A DNA stretch of 64,000 nucleotides from Pseudomonadota bacterium (GTDB taxonomy: Archaea > Thermoplasmatota > SW-10-69-26 > JACQPN01 > JAJPHT01). Of this stretch, positions 29,414-38,937 are shown piece after piece. The position numbers and the translations under genes were made by a program. The first letter of the stretch is position 1. Each line of letters begins with the position of its first letter. The stretch covers positions 160,001-224,000 of the forward strand of contig JAJPHT010000029.1 of assembly GCA_021325135.1 (NCBI GenBank), given 5' to 3'. A model generated the notes under the pieces. It searched no databases, was not told the origin of the DNA, and was given only the letters and a program-made list of their open reading frames with translations.

Positions 29414-29983
29414 ATGGCGGACCGGCGTCTCGTGTATCCCGGGGACTCCGTCGGCGTGGCCGAGGAGTTCGTCGCAGGGCCGGGCACCTACGAGGAGAAT
29501 GGCGAGGTCTTCGCCGCGACCGTGGGCATGCTCACGCTGGACACCACGGACTTCGTGGCGCGCGTCGAGCCCTTCCCCAGCCAGCCGGCCGTCGTCAAGC
29601 CCGGCGACATCGTGCTGGGCGTCGTGCAGGCCACGCGCCCCAGCATGGCCATCGTCGAGGTCAAGGCCATCGCGAGCAGGCCCAACCGCGGCATCGGCGG
29701 CGACACCAACGGCACGCTGCACGTCTCCAAGAGCAGCGACCAGTACGTCGACAGCATGGAGAGCGCCTTCCGCGTGCGCGACATCGTGCGCGCCAAGGTG
29801 CTCGAGTCCGACCCCGCCATCCAGCTCACCACCAAGGGCCCCGACCTCGGGGTCCTCAAGTCCTACTGCCCGCGCTGCGGCAGCCCCATGGCCCGCAAGG
29901 GCCGCGGCGTCGTGTGCCCCGAGTGCGACTGGAAGGACACCAAGAAGCTCGCCGCGGACTACGGCGAGGGCTACATCCTCTGA
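29414..29983 (+). CDS. csl4: Exosome RNA-binding protein Csl4
   Basis: VYPGD..EEF..GPGTYE, S1 domain, DIVRAKV, C-terminal CPRC/CPEC zinc ribbon; next to rpoL. Confidence 0.95.
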   Translation: MADRRLVYPGDSVGVAEEFVAGPGTYEENGEVFAATVGMLTLDTTDFVARVEPFPSQPAVVKPGDIVLGVVQATRPSMAIVEVKAIASRPNRGIGGDTNGTLHVSKSSDQYVDSMESAFRVRDIVRAKVLESDPAIQLTTKGPDLGVLKSYCPRCGSPMARKGRGVVCPECDWKDTKKLAADYGEGYIL

Positions 29984-29992
29984 GGTCTCCCC

Positions 29993-30271
29993 ATGGAACT
30001 GCGCCTTCGAAACAAGACGAACAACAAGCTGGAGCTCGAGGTCATCGGGGAGAACGACACGCTCCTCAACCTCCTCAAGCAGAAGCTCCTCGAGGACCCC
30101 GGCGTCGAGACGGCCACCTACGTCATGGGCCACCCGTACCTCGACAACCCCCTCTTCGTCGTGGAGACCAAGAGCGGCAAGCCCGAGCAGTCGCTGAAGA
30201 ACGCGGCCAAGGAGCTGCGCCAGCAGTTCGACGAGTTCGAGACGCTGCTCGTCCGCGCAACGGGGGCGTAA
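29993..30271 (+). CDS. rpoL: DNA-directed RNA polymerase subunit L (Rpo11)
   Basis: LELEVIGENDTLLNLL...DPGV..ATY..GHP. Confidence 0.93.
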   Translation: MELRLRNKTNNKLELEVIGENDTLLNLLKQKLLEDPGVETATYVMGHPYLDNPLFVVETKSGKPEQSLKNAAKELRQQFDEFETLLVRATGA

Positions 30272-30324
30272 GCCACCGTGCGCCGACGAACCGAAGGATC
30301 GTCGAGCGCCACGGGCCAGTGAGC

Positions 30325-31644
30325 ATGATCGAGCCCCAGGCGTTCGAGAAGGCGCTGGGGCTCGAACGATATCTCACCGCGGACCTCCCCGGCACGGGCG
30401 GCCGCCTCAAGGCGCGCCCCGAGGACTTTGTCGTCGAGGAGGTGCCCCTCGCCTTCCCACCCCCCGTCGCGGAGGGCAAGTACACCGTCGCCGCGCTGCG
30501 CGTGCGCAACTGGGAGACCAACCGCCTCGTGGGCGAATTGGCCCGCCGCCTGGACCTGCCGCGGGAGAGCGTCTTCTTCGCCGGCACCAAGGACAAGCGC
30601 GCCGTAACGACGCAGTACGTGAGCCTCCGCGCGCCCGAGGAGCGCGTGCGCGCCCTGGACCTCAAGGACGTGGAGGTGCTGGAGACGCGCCGCGTGGACC
30701 GCGCGCCCAAGATCGGCGAGCTGGTGGGCAACCGCTTCGCCATCATCGTGCGCTCCATGGACGCGCCGCTGCGCGAGGCCGCCGCGCGCGCCTCCGCGAT
30801 CCTCGCCCGCGTCGAGCGCGAAGGGGGCTTCCCCAACTACTTCGGCGTGCAGCGCTTCGGCGTCGTGCGCCCCGTGACGCACCTCGTGGGCGAGCAGATC
30901 GTCCGCGGCGACCTGGAGGAGGCCGTGCGCCTCTACGTGGGCAACCCGCAGCCCGACGAGCCCGCCGAGACGCGCGAGGCGCGGGCCCGCTACGACGCGA
31001 CGCGCGACCCCGCCTCGTCCCTCCCCCTCTTCCCGCGCTACGCGGGCTTCGAGCGCCAGATGCTCGACCACCTCGCGCGCCACCCGGGCGACTTCGAAGG
31101 CGCCCTGCTCTCCCTCCCCGCGAACCTGCGCACCATGTTCGTCTACGCGGCGCAGAGCCTCCTCTTCAACCGCATCGTGAGCCGCCGCATGGCCGCGGGC
31201 CTGGGCCTCAACGACCCCACCGTGGGCGACCTCGTCGCGGCCGTGGACGCCGAGGGCCGCCCCGAGAAGGAGCGCCTCCACCGCGTCACCCCCACGAACC
31301 TGGAGCGCGTCCGGAGGCTGTGCCGCAAGGGCGGCGCGCTGGTCACGGGCGGCATCCTGGGCAGCGACGCGCCCTTCGCGGAGGGCCCCATGGGCGAGAT
31401 CGAGCGCGCCGTCCTCGCCGAGGCAGGCTATCGCCAGGAGGACTTCCGCATCCCGCACCTCCCCGAGGTCGCGAGCTTCGGCACGCGCCGCGAGCTTCTC
31501 GCCCCCTTGGGCCCCGTGACGTGGGACGCGGGCGAGGACGACGCCGGCGAGCGCATCGCGCTGCGCTTCTTCCTCCTCAAGGGGAGCTACGCCACCTGCC
31601 TCCTCCGGGAGGTCCTCAAGAGCCCCGCCGCAGCCTTCGGCTGA
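30325..31644 (+). CDS. truD: tRNA pseudouridine(13) synthase TruD
   Basis: GGRLK..PEDFVVEE, AGTKDKRAVTTQ, GNRF, PNYFGVQRFG, F.L.KGSYAT..LRE. Confidence 0.95.
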   Translation: MIEPQAFEKALGLERYLTADLPGTGGRLKARPEDFVVEEVPLAFPPPVAEGKYTVAALRVRNWETNRLVGELARRLDLPRESVFFAGTKDKRAVTTQYVSLRAPEERVRALDLKDVEVLETRRVDRAPKIGELVGNRFAIIVRSMDAPLREAAARASAILARVEREGGFPNYFGVQRFGVVRPVTHLVGEQIVRGDLEEAVRLYVGNPQPDEPAETREARARYDATRDPASSLPLFPRYAGFERQMLDHLARHPGDFEGALLSLPANLRTMFVYAAQSLLFNRIVSRRMAAGLGLNDPTVGDLVAAVDAEGRPEKERLHRVTPTNLERVRRLCRKGGALVTGGILGSDAPFAEGPMGEIERAVLAEAGYRQEDFRIPHLPEVASFGTRRELLAPLGPVTWDAGEDDAGERIALRFFLLKGSYATCLLREVLKSPAAAFG

Positions 31645-31711
31645 GCCTCGGCCGGGCCGCACCCCGGCAGATTCCGGTTGGCTTAAGCGTGGCGGGAGGA
31701 GGATACCCCCC

Positions 31712-32230
31712 ATGCGCTCGGGGCTCCTCACGGCCATCGCCCTCGCCCTTGCCGGCGTCGGCGAGGTCCAGTGGGCCATCGCGTTCTTCACCCATGGGAA
31801 CCAGCTCTTCGACGCGCTGATGACGCTCATCGCCGGCATCGGCCTGGGAATCGCGGCCTTCGGGTTCTACGCCGACGCCGAAGGGCGCCACGTCGCCGCC
31901 CCCGTGGGCCTCGCCGTCGCGGCCGCCGCGCAGGTGGGCTACGTCGCCGCCTACGCCGGGCACGCGGCGCTCACCCCCGTGGGCCCCATCACGCTCGCCA
32001 CGCTGGGCAGCGCGCTGGGCCTCGTGCTGGCCGCCTTCGGCGCGCGCCGCGGCGCCGCCACGCTGACCCTCGCCCGCGCGGGCCTCGCCATCGCCTGCGT
32101 GAGCGGCATCCTCTGGATCGTCGGCGACGCCAGCGCGGGCGAGTTCAGCTTCATGTTCGGCAACGTCATGGCGCCCCTGGGCTGGGGGCTCGCCGCCCTT
32201 TTCGCCGGGCGCGCGGACGCCGAGGCGTGA
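31712..32230 (+). CDS. Hypothetical polytopic membrane protein
   Basis: About six hydrophobic segments; CTTAAG box and GGAGG upstream. Confidence 0.7.
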   Translation: MRSGLLTAIALALAGVGEVQWAIAFFTHGNQLFDALMTLIAGIGLGIAAFGFYADAEGRHVAAPVGLAVAAAAQVGYVAAYAGHAALTPVGPITLATLGSALGLVLAAFGARRGAATLTLARAGLAIACVSGILWIVGDASAGEFSFMFGNVMAPLGWGLAALFAGRADAEA

Positions 32231-32285
32231 ACGCGCGTTTCAGGATCGGTGCCTTCTTAATCGCGCGCCGAGTCTAAGCCATCGG

Positions 32286-33299
32286 ATGCACACCTTGGAC
32301 GCGTTTCTTGCGGAGGTCGACCGGCGCCTCAAGGACGCCGACGACCGGGAGCCGCGCGTGATCGACCTGCTTCGCCCCGAAGAGACCGCCGCCCTGCGCG
32401 CCCGCGGCTCCAAGGTGTTCCGCGTCCTCGTGCGCATCAGCGACGACAAGCTCCTCTCCATCCCCCAGCAGGTCAAGGAGTGCGTCCGCTACGCGTGGGG
32501 CGACGCCGTCGCGGGCGCGCGCCGCGCCGACGCCGACGAGGTCGGCGGGGTCGTCGACCGCGTCTACAGCCTGGGCGAGCACAGCGGCTTCAAGATCGAC
32601 CAGAGCCCCGTGATGGCGCGGGTCCTCCGCGAGGCCGAAGAGGGCGGGTTCGACGCGCTGGTGTGCCGCGACGGCTCGCGCCTGGGGCGCGACTACTGGG
32701 AGAAGATGGGCACCATCCGCGACCTGCGCCGCGCCGACGTCGAGCTGCACATCCTGGAGGACGGCGGCTTCTTCGACTACGAGGACAGCATGAGCAAGGT
32801 CCGCAGCTTCGCCAACACATGGGGCGACGAGGGCAAGAAGCTGGAGGAGATCCGCAAGTCCATGCGCGCCACGGAGGCCATCCGCGAGGCGCGCTTCCCC
32901 ACCACGAGCCTCCCCTACGGCTACGAGCCCGCGCTGGACCCCGTGAGCCGGCGGAAGGTGTGGCGCCAGACGCCCGACGCGGCCAAGGTGCGCGCGATCT
33001 TCCAGAGCCTCACCGAGGAGCCCTACGAGGAGTTCAGCAGCCTCTCGCGCCGCTTCGGCGTGAGCCGGCAACTCCTCCGCAAGATCCTGCGCAACCGCGC
33101 CTACACGGGCGGGTTCAACTGGAAGGGCGAGTTCGTCCACGCCGAGCCGCACGTCATCCCGCCCGTGATCGACGAGGCGCTCTTCGAGGCGGTCCAGAAG
33201 ATCCTGGAGCGCCGCGAGATGACGGCCCGCATCCGCAGCCCGGACCTCATGGACGTGCTGCTGGGCTTCCAGGGGAGCCCCCAGAAGCCGGCGCCGTAA
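32286..33299 (+). CDS. Serine recombinase (resolvase catalytic domain plus recombinase domain), paralogue A
   Basis: VRIS (catalytic Ser), SIPQQ, HSG, SRLGRD, PYGY, ILRNRAYTG, PPVIDEALFEAVQ. Confidence 0.85.
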   Translation: MHTLDAFLAEVDRRLKDADDREPRVIDLLRPEETAALRARGSKVFRVLVRISDDKLLSIPQQVKECVRYAWGDAVAGARRADADEVGGVVDRVYSLGEHSGFKIDQSPVMARVLREAEEGGFDALVCRDGSRLGRDYWEKMGTIRDLRRADVELHILEDGGFFDYEDSMSKVRSFANTWGDEGKKLEEIRKSMRATEAIREARFPTTSLPYGYEPALDPVSRRKVWRQTPDAAKVRAIFQSLTEEPYEEFSSLSRRFGVSRQLLRKILRNRAYTGGFNWKGEFVHAEPHVIPPVIDEALFEAVQKILERREMTARIRSPDLMDVLLGFQGSPQKPAP

Positions 33300-33385
33300 G
33301 GACCGGGTTTCTCGTACCGTTCGTACGAGTCCTACGGTTAGTAATTTAGGAATCACCCTGAACAAGTCAACGATTTTTCCAGGTC

Positions 33386-34282
33386 CTACTTGGGGCTTCT
33401 CCGGTCATCACCCTTGGAAGCCCCTCGGCGCTGCCCCCGGATCTCCTGGACCGCCCCAAACGCCTCGGCGGTCACCAGGGGCGGGACCACCTCGGCGGAG
33501 CAGGCCCGGAAGGCCCCCTCCCAGGTGTAGCCACCCGTGTACGCCCGGTTCGACAGGATGCGGTCGACCTGCGAGGGCGTGAGCCCCCGGTCGCGCCCCA
33601 AGGCGCTGAGGTTCGCGTCGGGCTCGCGCAGCAGCGCGTCGAAGAGGCTCCGGACGTTGGCGCCCTCCGCCTCGTGGACGCGCCACACGCGGCGCCCCAG
33701 CCTGGGGTCCTTCACGCTGCGGTAGCCGTAGGGGGGCCGCGTCGTGGGCAGGCCCATGTCGCGCAGCGCGGCGGTGGCGCGGGTGGCCTTGCGGATCTCC
33801 TCGCGCTTCTTCTCCTCGTCGGCCCACGTGCTGGCCCACGACTTGACCTTGTGGAGGCGGTCCTCGAAGTCGAAGGCGCCGCCGTCCTCGACGACGTGGA
33901 ACTCGATCTTGGCGGCGCGCAGGTCGCGCAGCGTGCCCATCTTCTCCCAGTAGTCGCGCCCCAGGCGGCTGGAGTCGCGCACCACCAGGGCATGGAACCG
34001 CCCTTGGCGCGCGTCGTCGAGGAGCTGCTGGTAGACGGGGCTCGCCGTCATGCTGAAGCCGCTGTGCTCGCCGACGTTGTAGATGCCGTCGAGGAACGCC
34101 GGGGCGCCCAAGGCGGCCACGTAGGCGGCGCAGTCGTGGACCTGCTGCGGGATGCTGCGGAGCTTGTCGTCGCTCACGCGCGTCAGCACCCGGTAGCGCT
34201 TGGCCCCGTCCGGCGCCTCCAGCGTGACGACGGCGGGCTTGGTGTCGGGGCGCGGGAGGAGGTCCTCAAGCCTTGCGGACAT
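33386..34282 (-). CDS. Serine recombinase, paralogue B
   Basis: TRVSDDKLRSIPQQ, GEHSGF, SRLGRDYWEKMGT, PPYGY, ILSNRAYTG, PPLVT..FGAVQ; clearly homologous to paralogue A. Confidence 0.85.
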   Translation of the reverse strand: MSARLEDLLPRPDTKPAVVTLEAPDGAKRYRVLTRVSDDKLRSIPQQVHDCAAYVAALGAPAFLDGIYNVGEHSGFSMTASPVYQQLLDDARQGRFHALVVRDSSRLGRDYWEKMGTLRDLRAAKIEFHVVEDGGAFDFEDRLHKVKSWASTWADEEKKREEIRKATRATAALRDMGLPTTRPPYGYRSVKDPRLGRRVWRVHEAEGANVRSLFDALLREPDANLSALGRDRGLTPSQVDRILSNRAYTGGYTWEGAFRACSAEVVPPLVTAEAFGAVQEIRGQRRGASKGDDRRSPK

Positions 34283-34583
34283 GGGCGGCGGTCCCTTGGA
34301 GCTCCCAGTCGACGCGGGAGCGGTCGTTCATGCGAAGCTGCTCCACCACGGCGGCGGGCAGCGCGGTGTAGAGGCTGTTGCCGCGGGTCTGCTTGTAGAG
34401 CCGGTACGTCGCCGCCTCGCCCTCCTCGCTCCCGGCCTTGGTGACCCGGGCATACCCCCCCTCCACGTTCCAGCGCAGCCGGTCCGACGGGACCAGCCCC
34501 AGCTGGTCGCGGACCGCCTTGGGCACGGTCGTGAGCAGGTTGGATTCGTATCCGGTGCGCCAGACGCGCGTTTCCAGCCCCAT
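34266..34583 (-). CDS. Tandem AbrB/SpoVT-like DNA-binding protein
   Basis: Two repeats: 'SNLLTTVPKAVRDQLGLVPSDRLRW' and 'NSLYTALPAAVVEQLRMNDRSRVDW'; overlaps the start of recombinase B. Confidence 0.78.
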   Translation of the reverse strand: MGLETRVWRTGYESNLLTTVPKAVRDQLGLVPSDRLRWNVEGGYARVTKAGSEEGEAATYRLYKQTRGNSLYTALPAAVVEQLRMNDRSRVDWELQGTAAHVRKA

Positions 34584-34628
34584 CTAGTGACTCACCTAGT
34601 TTGACATCTAGTGAAAGGTCTAGTTAAA
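34581..34628. repeat. Four 12-bp tandem units with a CTAGT core
   Basis: CATCTAGTGACT CACCTAGTTTGA CATCTAGTGAAA GGTCTAGTTAAA; CTAG at 34584, 34596, 34608 and 34620. Confidence 0.85.
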
Positions 34629-34922
34629 TTCCCGCGGTTTTGATTTCGCGGTGGACGGGGCCTCGTTTCACCCCTCCAGGCGCCCGAGGGCCATCGCTTC
34701 AGCCATGGGCGACAGGCCACTCAGGCACCCAACAAGCCCGATTCGCATTTCTCGGTTGCTTCCAGAATTAATGCCTCAAGATCGCCAGCTTGTGAGATAG
34801 AATCACGGAAAACGCGAACACAAAAAAAGAATCACGCTTCTTCCGTACAAGGCAGGTGAACCCCCCGGTGACACGCGAAACCGTATGCCCGCGGGGGTGG
34901 GCTTGGCGGTCCGGAGGCCGTG

Positions 34923-35417
34923 ATGCGAGTGCGAGCCAGGTGGATCGCCGTTGCGCTGGCCTTGCTCCTTCTCTTCCCGCTGGCGGGGGGCGAGTCCGGC
35001 TCGCACCTGACGCGGCGGGTCACGCAGCTGGTGGCCAGTCCGACGCCCGTCGCGGGCGTGACGCTCCTGGACGACGCCCATGCGTGGCGCGTCGACCTGC
35101 CCGTGGGCGTGTGCGTCATGGTGGTCGCGCACGAGGCGGGCTTGGCCCCCTTCGTGCTGCGCGCGGCGAACGGGGATGACGCGGTGGACACCCCCAACCC
35201 CGGGTTCGACCAGTCGCTGGTCCTCCCGGCGCCCGTGAGCGCGCCCGGGTCGTGGACCGTGACGCTGGACCCCGTGGCCGGCGGGCCCGTGGACGTGATG
35301 CTCTCGTTCGACGGGCGCTACGTGGACTGCGCCGCCAGCGCCCCCGCCTCGTTCTCCCTGTGGGACGTGTCCCGCGCGCCCCCGTGCGTGGACGGCGCCG
35401 GAGCGTGCCTTCCTTGA
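34923..35417 (+). CDS. Secreted hypothetical protein
   Basis: GGAGG SD, signal peptide; TTGA overlap with the next gene. Confidence 0.7.
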   Translation: MRVRARWIAVALALLLLFPLAGGESGSHLTRRVTQLVASPTPVAGVTLLDDAHAWRVDLPVGVCVMVVAHEAGLAPFVLRAANGDDAVDTPNPGFDQSLVLPAPVSAPGSWTVTLDPVAGGPVDVMLSFDGRYVDCAASAPASFSLWDVSRAPPCVDGAGACLP

Positions 35418-38400
35418 CGCGCCGCGGCTGGATGGCCCTCGCCTTCGCGGGGCTGCTCCTCGCCGCGTCGCTGCCCCTGGTCCTGGGCGGCGCGGGGTCG
35501 CGCCTCGCGGCGTTCCTCGTGGACCCCGCGGCGCCCGGCGCGCTGCCCGCCCCGCCGACCATCCGCCTCGACGCGCCCGCGCCGGGCGAGGGCGTCGGCC
35601 CCGCGGTGACGCTGGCCGGCGAGGCGCGCGCGACGCCCGGCGGCGCGGTGCAGGATATCGAACTGCGCGTGGACGGCGGCCGCTGGGCCAGCCTGCCCGA
35701 CGCGCCGCGCGGCGCGCCCGCGGTGCCCTTCCGCGCGGACCTGGACCTCGACCCGGGCGACCATCTTCTCGAAGTGCGCGCCTGGGACGGCGCCTCCTTC
35801 TCCCTGCCCGCCCGATCTCTCGTCCGCGCGGGCGCGACGCCCGCCCCCACCGTCGCCATCGTGACGCCCGCGGACGGCTCGGGCCTCGCCTCGGGCGACG
35901 CCACGGTGACGGGCACGCTGCGCAACGGCCCCGCCCGCGTCGTCGTCGAGGCGGCGGGCGCCACCACGGACGCCACCGTCGAGGGCTCCGTGTGGCGCGC
36001 GAAGGTCGCCCTGCCCCCCGGCGTCTCCTCCATCGTCGCGCGCGCCATCGCGTCCCAGGAGAGCCTCCCCGCCCGCGCTACGGTCTCCGTGGGCGGCCCC
36101 ACCCTCGCGGTGGTCGCGCCCCAGGAGGGGGACGCGTTCGGCTCGGCGGGCGATCCCACCTGTTCGTGCGTGCTCGTGGCGGGCGCCGTCTCCCCCGACG
36201 CGGCGCGCGTCGAGGCCTCGCTGGACGGCGAGCCCGCCGCCAACGCCACCCTGGAGGGCGCCTCCTTCTCGTGGCGCATCCCCATGGATTCCCTCGTCTC
36301 GGGGCCCCACCGCGTCGCGCTGATGCCCGTCTCCGCCGCGGGCGCGCCGGGGGCCCCGCGCGAGGTCCGCTTCCTGGCGCGCACGCCTCGCGTCGTGGCC
36401 GTGACGGGCGACGAAGCCCCGCGCCTCACGGGCACGCCCCTCTCCTTCTCCCTCGCGGGCAACGCCACCGCGCGCTGGACGCTGGACGGCGCGCCCGCGG
36501 GCGAGGGCCCCTCGGTTGATATCACCCTCGCGTCGCCCGGCCCGCACGCGCTGAGCGCCGCGACGGAGGACGGTCGGGGGCGCCCCGCCACCGCGGAGGT
36601 CCCGCTTCTCGCCCTCAACCGCCCTCCCATCGCGGCGCTCCACGCCCAGGCGGGCCTCGCGGTGGCGGACACGCCGTTCCGCGCCGAGGCCTCCGACCCG
36701 GACGGCTCCGTGGCGCGCTACGCGTGGGAGTTCGGCGACGGATCGGCCACCACCACCACCTCGGGCCCTGAGACGATGCACCGCTACGCCTCCGAGGGGC
36801 TTTACCGGGCGAACCTCACCATCTTCGACGACCTTGGCGCCGCGAGCCCCGTCGCCACGCTCCTCGTCGCCATCGCCAACGCGCCCCCCGTCGCGTCCTT
36901 CTGGCACGAGCCCGACGCGCCCACCGTCTTCGACGACGCGCAGTTCACCGACGCGTCGCAGGACCCCGAGGGCGCGCTGGTGGCCCGCCACTGGGACTTC
37001 GGCGACGGCGCCACCGCCGAGGGCGCGTTCGCGACGCACCGCTTCGCGACGCGGGGCGATCACACCGTCACGCTGCGCGTGGAGGACGCCGCGGGCGCCG
37101 CGGCCATCGCCACGCAGGTCGTCCACGTGCAGGACGTCGCGCCGCAGCCCGCCTTCACGTGGTCGCCCCTGGCGCCCCGCGCCGGCGAGGAGGTGGCCTT
37201 CGCCGACGCCTCGCGCAAGCCCGACGGCGCCATCGTCGACTGGAGCTGGAGCTTCGGCGGCCGCGGCCCCCTGGCGACGCACGCGTTCCCCGCCCCTGGC
37301 GCTTATGATATCACGCTGAACGTCACCGATGACTTCGGCCAGCGCGCGTCGGCCACGAGGACGATCCGCGTCGGCGACGCCGCGCCCGAGGTGCGCGCCA
37401 TCCTGGCCGACCCCGCGCGCCCCCTTGCGCGGCAGCCCGTCGCGTTCCGCGCGCTGGCCAACGACGCCCTGGGCGCCATCGCGTCGCTCCGCTGGGACTT
37501 CGGCGACGGCAACGCGTCCGACGCGATGGCGCCCACGCACGCCTACGCCCGCAGCGGGTCCTACCGGGTCGCGGTCCTCGCCACGAGCCCCGCCAACGTC
37601 ACCGCGCTCGCCAACGTGACGATCGCGGTGGAGGACGCTCCGCCCGTCGCGCGGCTCGACGCGCCCGGCGGCGAGGCCGGCGATCCGCTGGTCCTGGACG
37701 GCTCGGGAAGCGCGGACCCGGACGGCCGCGTCGCGCGCTACGTGTTCGATGCCGATGGCGACGGCCTCCCCGACTGCGACGGCCCCTCGCCGCGCTGCTC
37801 CTTCGCCTACCCCGCCGCGGGGCTCTACCTGGCGAACCTCACCGTGCAGGACGACGAGGGCGCCACCGCCAGCGACACGCTCGCGGTGGCGATCCTCGCC
37901 GCGCCCCCCGAGAAGGCGCCGCCCCAGGTCGTCGTCCAGAAGCCCCTTCCCGGCTCCGCGCTCTCGGGGCCGACGGTCCTCTCGGGCGTCGCCACGGGCA
38001 ACCGCAGCGTCGTGTCCGTCGACGCGCAGCTTCGAACCGGCTCGCGGGCCCTCGCGCTGGGCGTCGCGCCCTGGATGCCCGCGCAGGGGATCGCGCCCTG
38101 GCGGCTCGCGCTGGACACCGCGGCATTCCCCGACGGGCCCTACACGCTGGTCGTGCGCGCGACCGACTCCGCGGGCGTGCAGGGCTTCGCCTTCGTGCCG
38201 GTAGAGATCCGCAACGGCCCGCAGGAGACGCCCCTCGCGCTGCGCATCGCCAACGCGCCCCTGGACCCGGTGGGCCCCGACTACGACCTCGAAGGGAGCG
38301 CGTACCACCCGCAGGGCGTGAGCGCGGTGCGCTGGCGCATGGACGAGGGCCCCTGGAGCGACCCCGACGGGCCGCCCCAGGCGTTCACGCTCCCGCTGCG

Positions 38401-38914
38401 CGGCCTCCTTCCGGGCCTCCACGTCGTGGTCGTGGACGCCTACCACGGCGTCTCCGAGAAGCGCGAGGCCACGGTGGAGGTGCGCGTCGCCTCGCCGCCC
38501 CCCGCGCTGGCGGTGGACGAGCCGCCGGGCCCCCTGGCGTATGGCCTCCTGCACGCCGCGGGGCGCACGGTGGGCAACGGCTCGGTGGAGTGGCGCCTGG
38601 ACAGCGGCGTCTGGCGGAGGGTCGACGCGACGGGCCCCGAGTGGCGCCTCGACGCGCCCACGGGCGACCTGCCCGCCGGCCGGCACGCCCTCTCGCTGCG
38701 CGCCGTGGGGCCCGAGGGCGCCGCGGGCGACGCGAGGACGTGGAGCGTCAAGGTCGTGCGCGCCGTGGGCGACTCGCGCTTCGCCGGCTGGGGCGCCGAG
38801 GAGATCGACGGTCCGGCTCCTGCGCCCGAGCGCCGCGCGCCCCTGGACCTCATGGCACCCCTCGCGGCGCTGGCGCTGGCGGCCGCGTTCGGCGCCGCCC
38901 GGAGAAGGCTTTAG
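35414..38914 (+). CDS. PKD-repeat / Ig-like cell-surface protein with C-terminal sorting-like anchor
   Basis: Repeated WDFGDG...H.Y...G.Y.V.L.V.D PKD motifs; ends in a hydrophobic helix plus RRR. Confidence 0.88.
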   Translation: MTRRGWMALAFAGLLLAASLPLVLGGAGSRLAAFLVDPAAPGALPAPPTIRLDAPAPGEGVGPAVTLAGEARATPGGAVQDIELRVDGGRWASLPDAPRGAPAVPFRADLDLDPGDHLLEVRAWDGASFSLPARSLVRAGATPAPTVAIVTPADGSGLASGDATVTGTLRNGPARVVVEAAGATTDATVEGSVWRAKVALPPGVSSIVARAIASQESLPARATVSVGGPTLAVVAPQEGDAFGSAGDPTCSCVLVAGAVSPDAARVEASLDGEPAANATLEGASFSWRIPMDSLVSGPHRVALMPVSAAGAPGAPREVRFLARTPRVVAVTGDEAPRLTGTPLSFSLAGNATARWTLDGAPAGEGPSVDITLASPGPHALSAATEDGRGRPATAEVPLLALNRPPIAALHAQAGLAVADTPFRAEASDPDGSVARYAWEFGDGSATTTTSGPETMHRYASEGLYRANLTIFDDLGAASPVATLLVAIANAPPVASFWHEPDAPTVFDDAQFTDASQDPEGALVARHWDFGDGATAEGAFATHRFATRGDHTVTLRVEDAAGAAAIATQVVHVQDVAPQPAFTWSPLAPRAGEEVAFADASRKPDGAIVDWSWSFGGRGPLATHAFPAPGAYDITLNVTDDFGQRASATRTIRVGDAAPEVRAILADPARPLARQPVAFRALANDALGAIASLRWDFGDGNASDAMAPTHAYARSGSYRVAVLATSPANVTALANVTIAVEDAPPVARLDAPGGEAGDPLVLDGSGSADPDGRVARYVFDADGDGLPDCDGPSPRCSFAYPAAGLYLANLTVQDDEGATASDTLAVAILAAPPEKAPPQVVVQKPLPGSALSGPTVLSGVATGNRSVVSVDAQLRTGSRALALGVAPWMPAQGIAPWRLALDTAAFPDGPYTLVVRATDSAGVQGFAFVPVEIRNGPQETPLALRIANAPLDPVGPDYDLEGSAYHPQGVSAVRWRMDEGPWSDPDGPPQAFTLPLRGLLPGLHVVVVDAYHGVSEKREATVEVRVASPPPALAVDEPPGPLAYGLLHAAGRTVGNGSVEWRLDSGVWRRVDATGPEWRLDAPTGDLPAGRHALSLRAVGPEGAAGDARTWSVKVVRAVGDSRFAGWGAEEIDGPAPAPERRAPLDLMAPLAALALAAAFGAARRRL

Positions 38915-38937
38915 CCGAGGCCGCGCGTCGTGCACGC

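Noticed and set aside
32286-34282. IS607-family element or prophage integrase
   Set aside because: No N-terminal MerR-like HTH, no TnpB, no viral genes and no att duplication seen.
34581-34628. CRISPR array (this and the other short repeats)
   Set aside because: Units are 8-12 bp with no unique spacers, and there are no cas genes.
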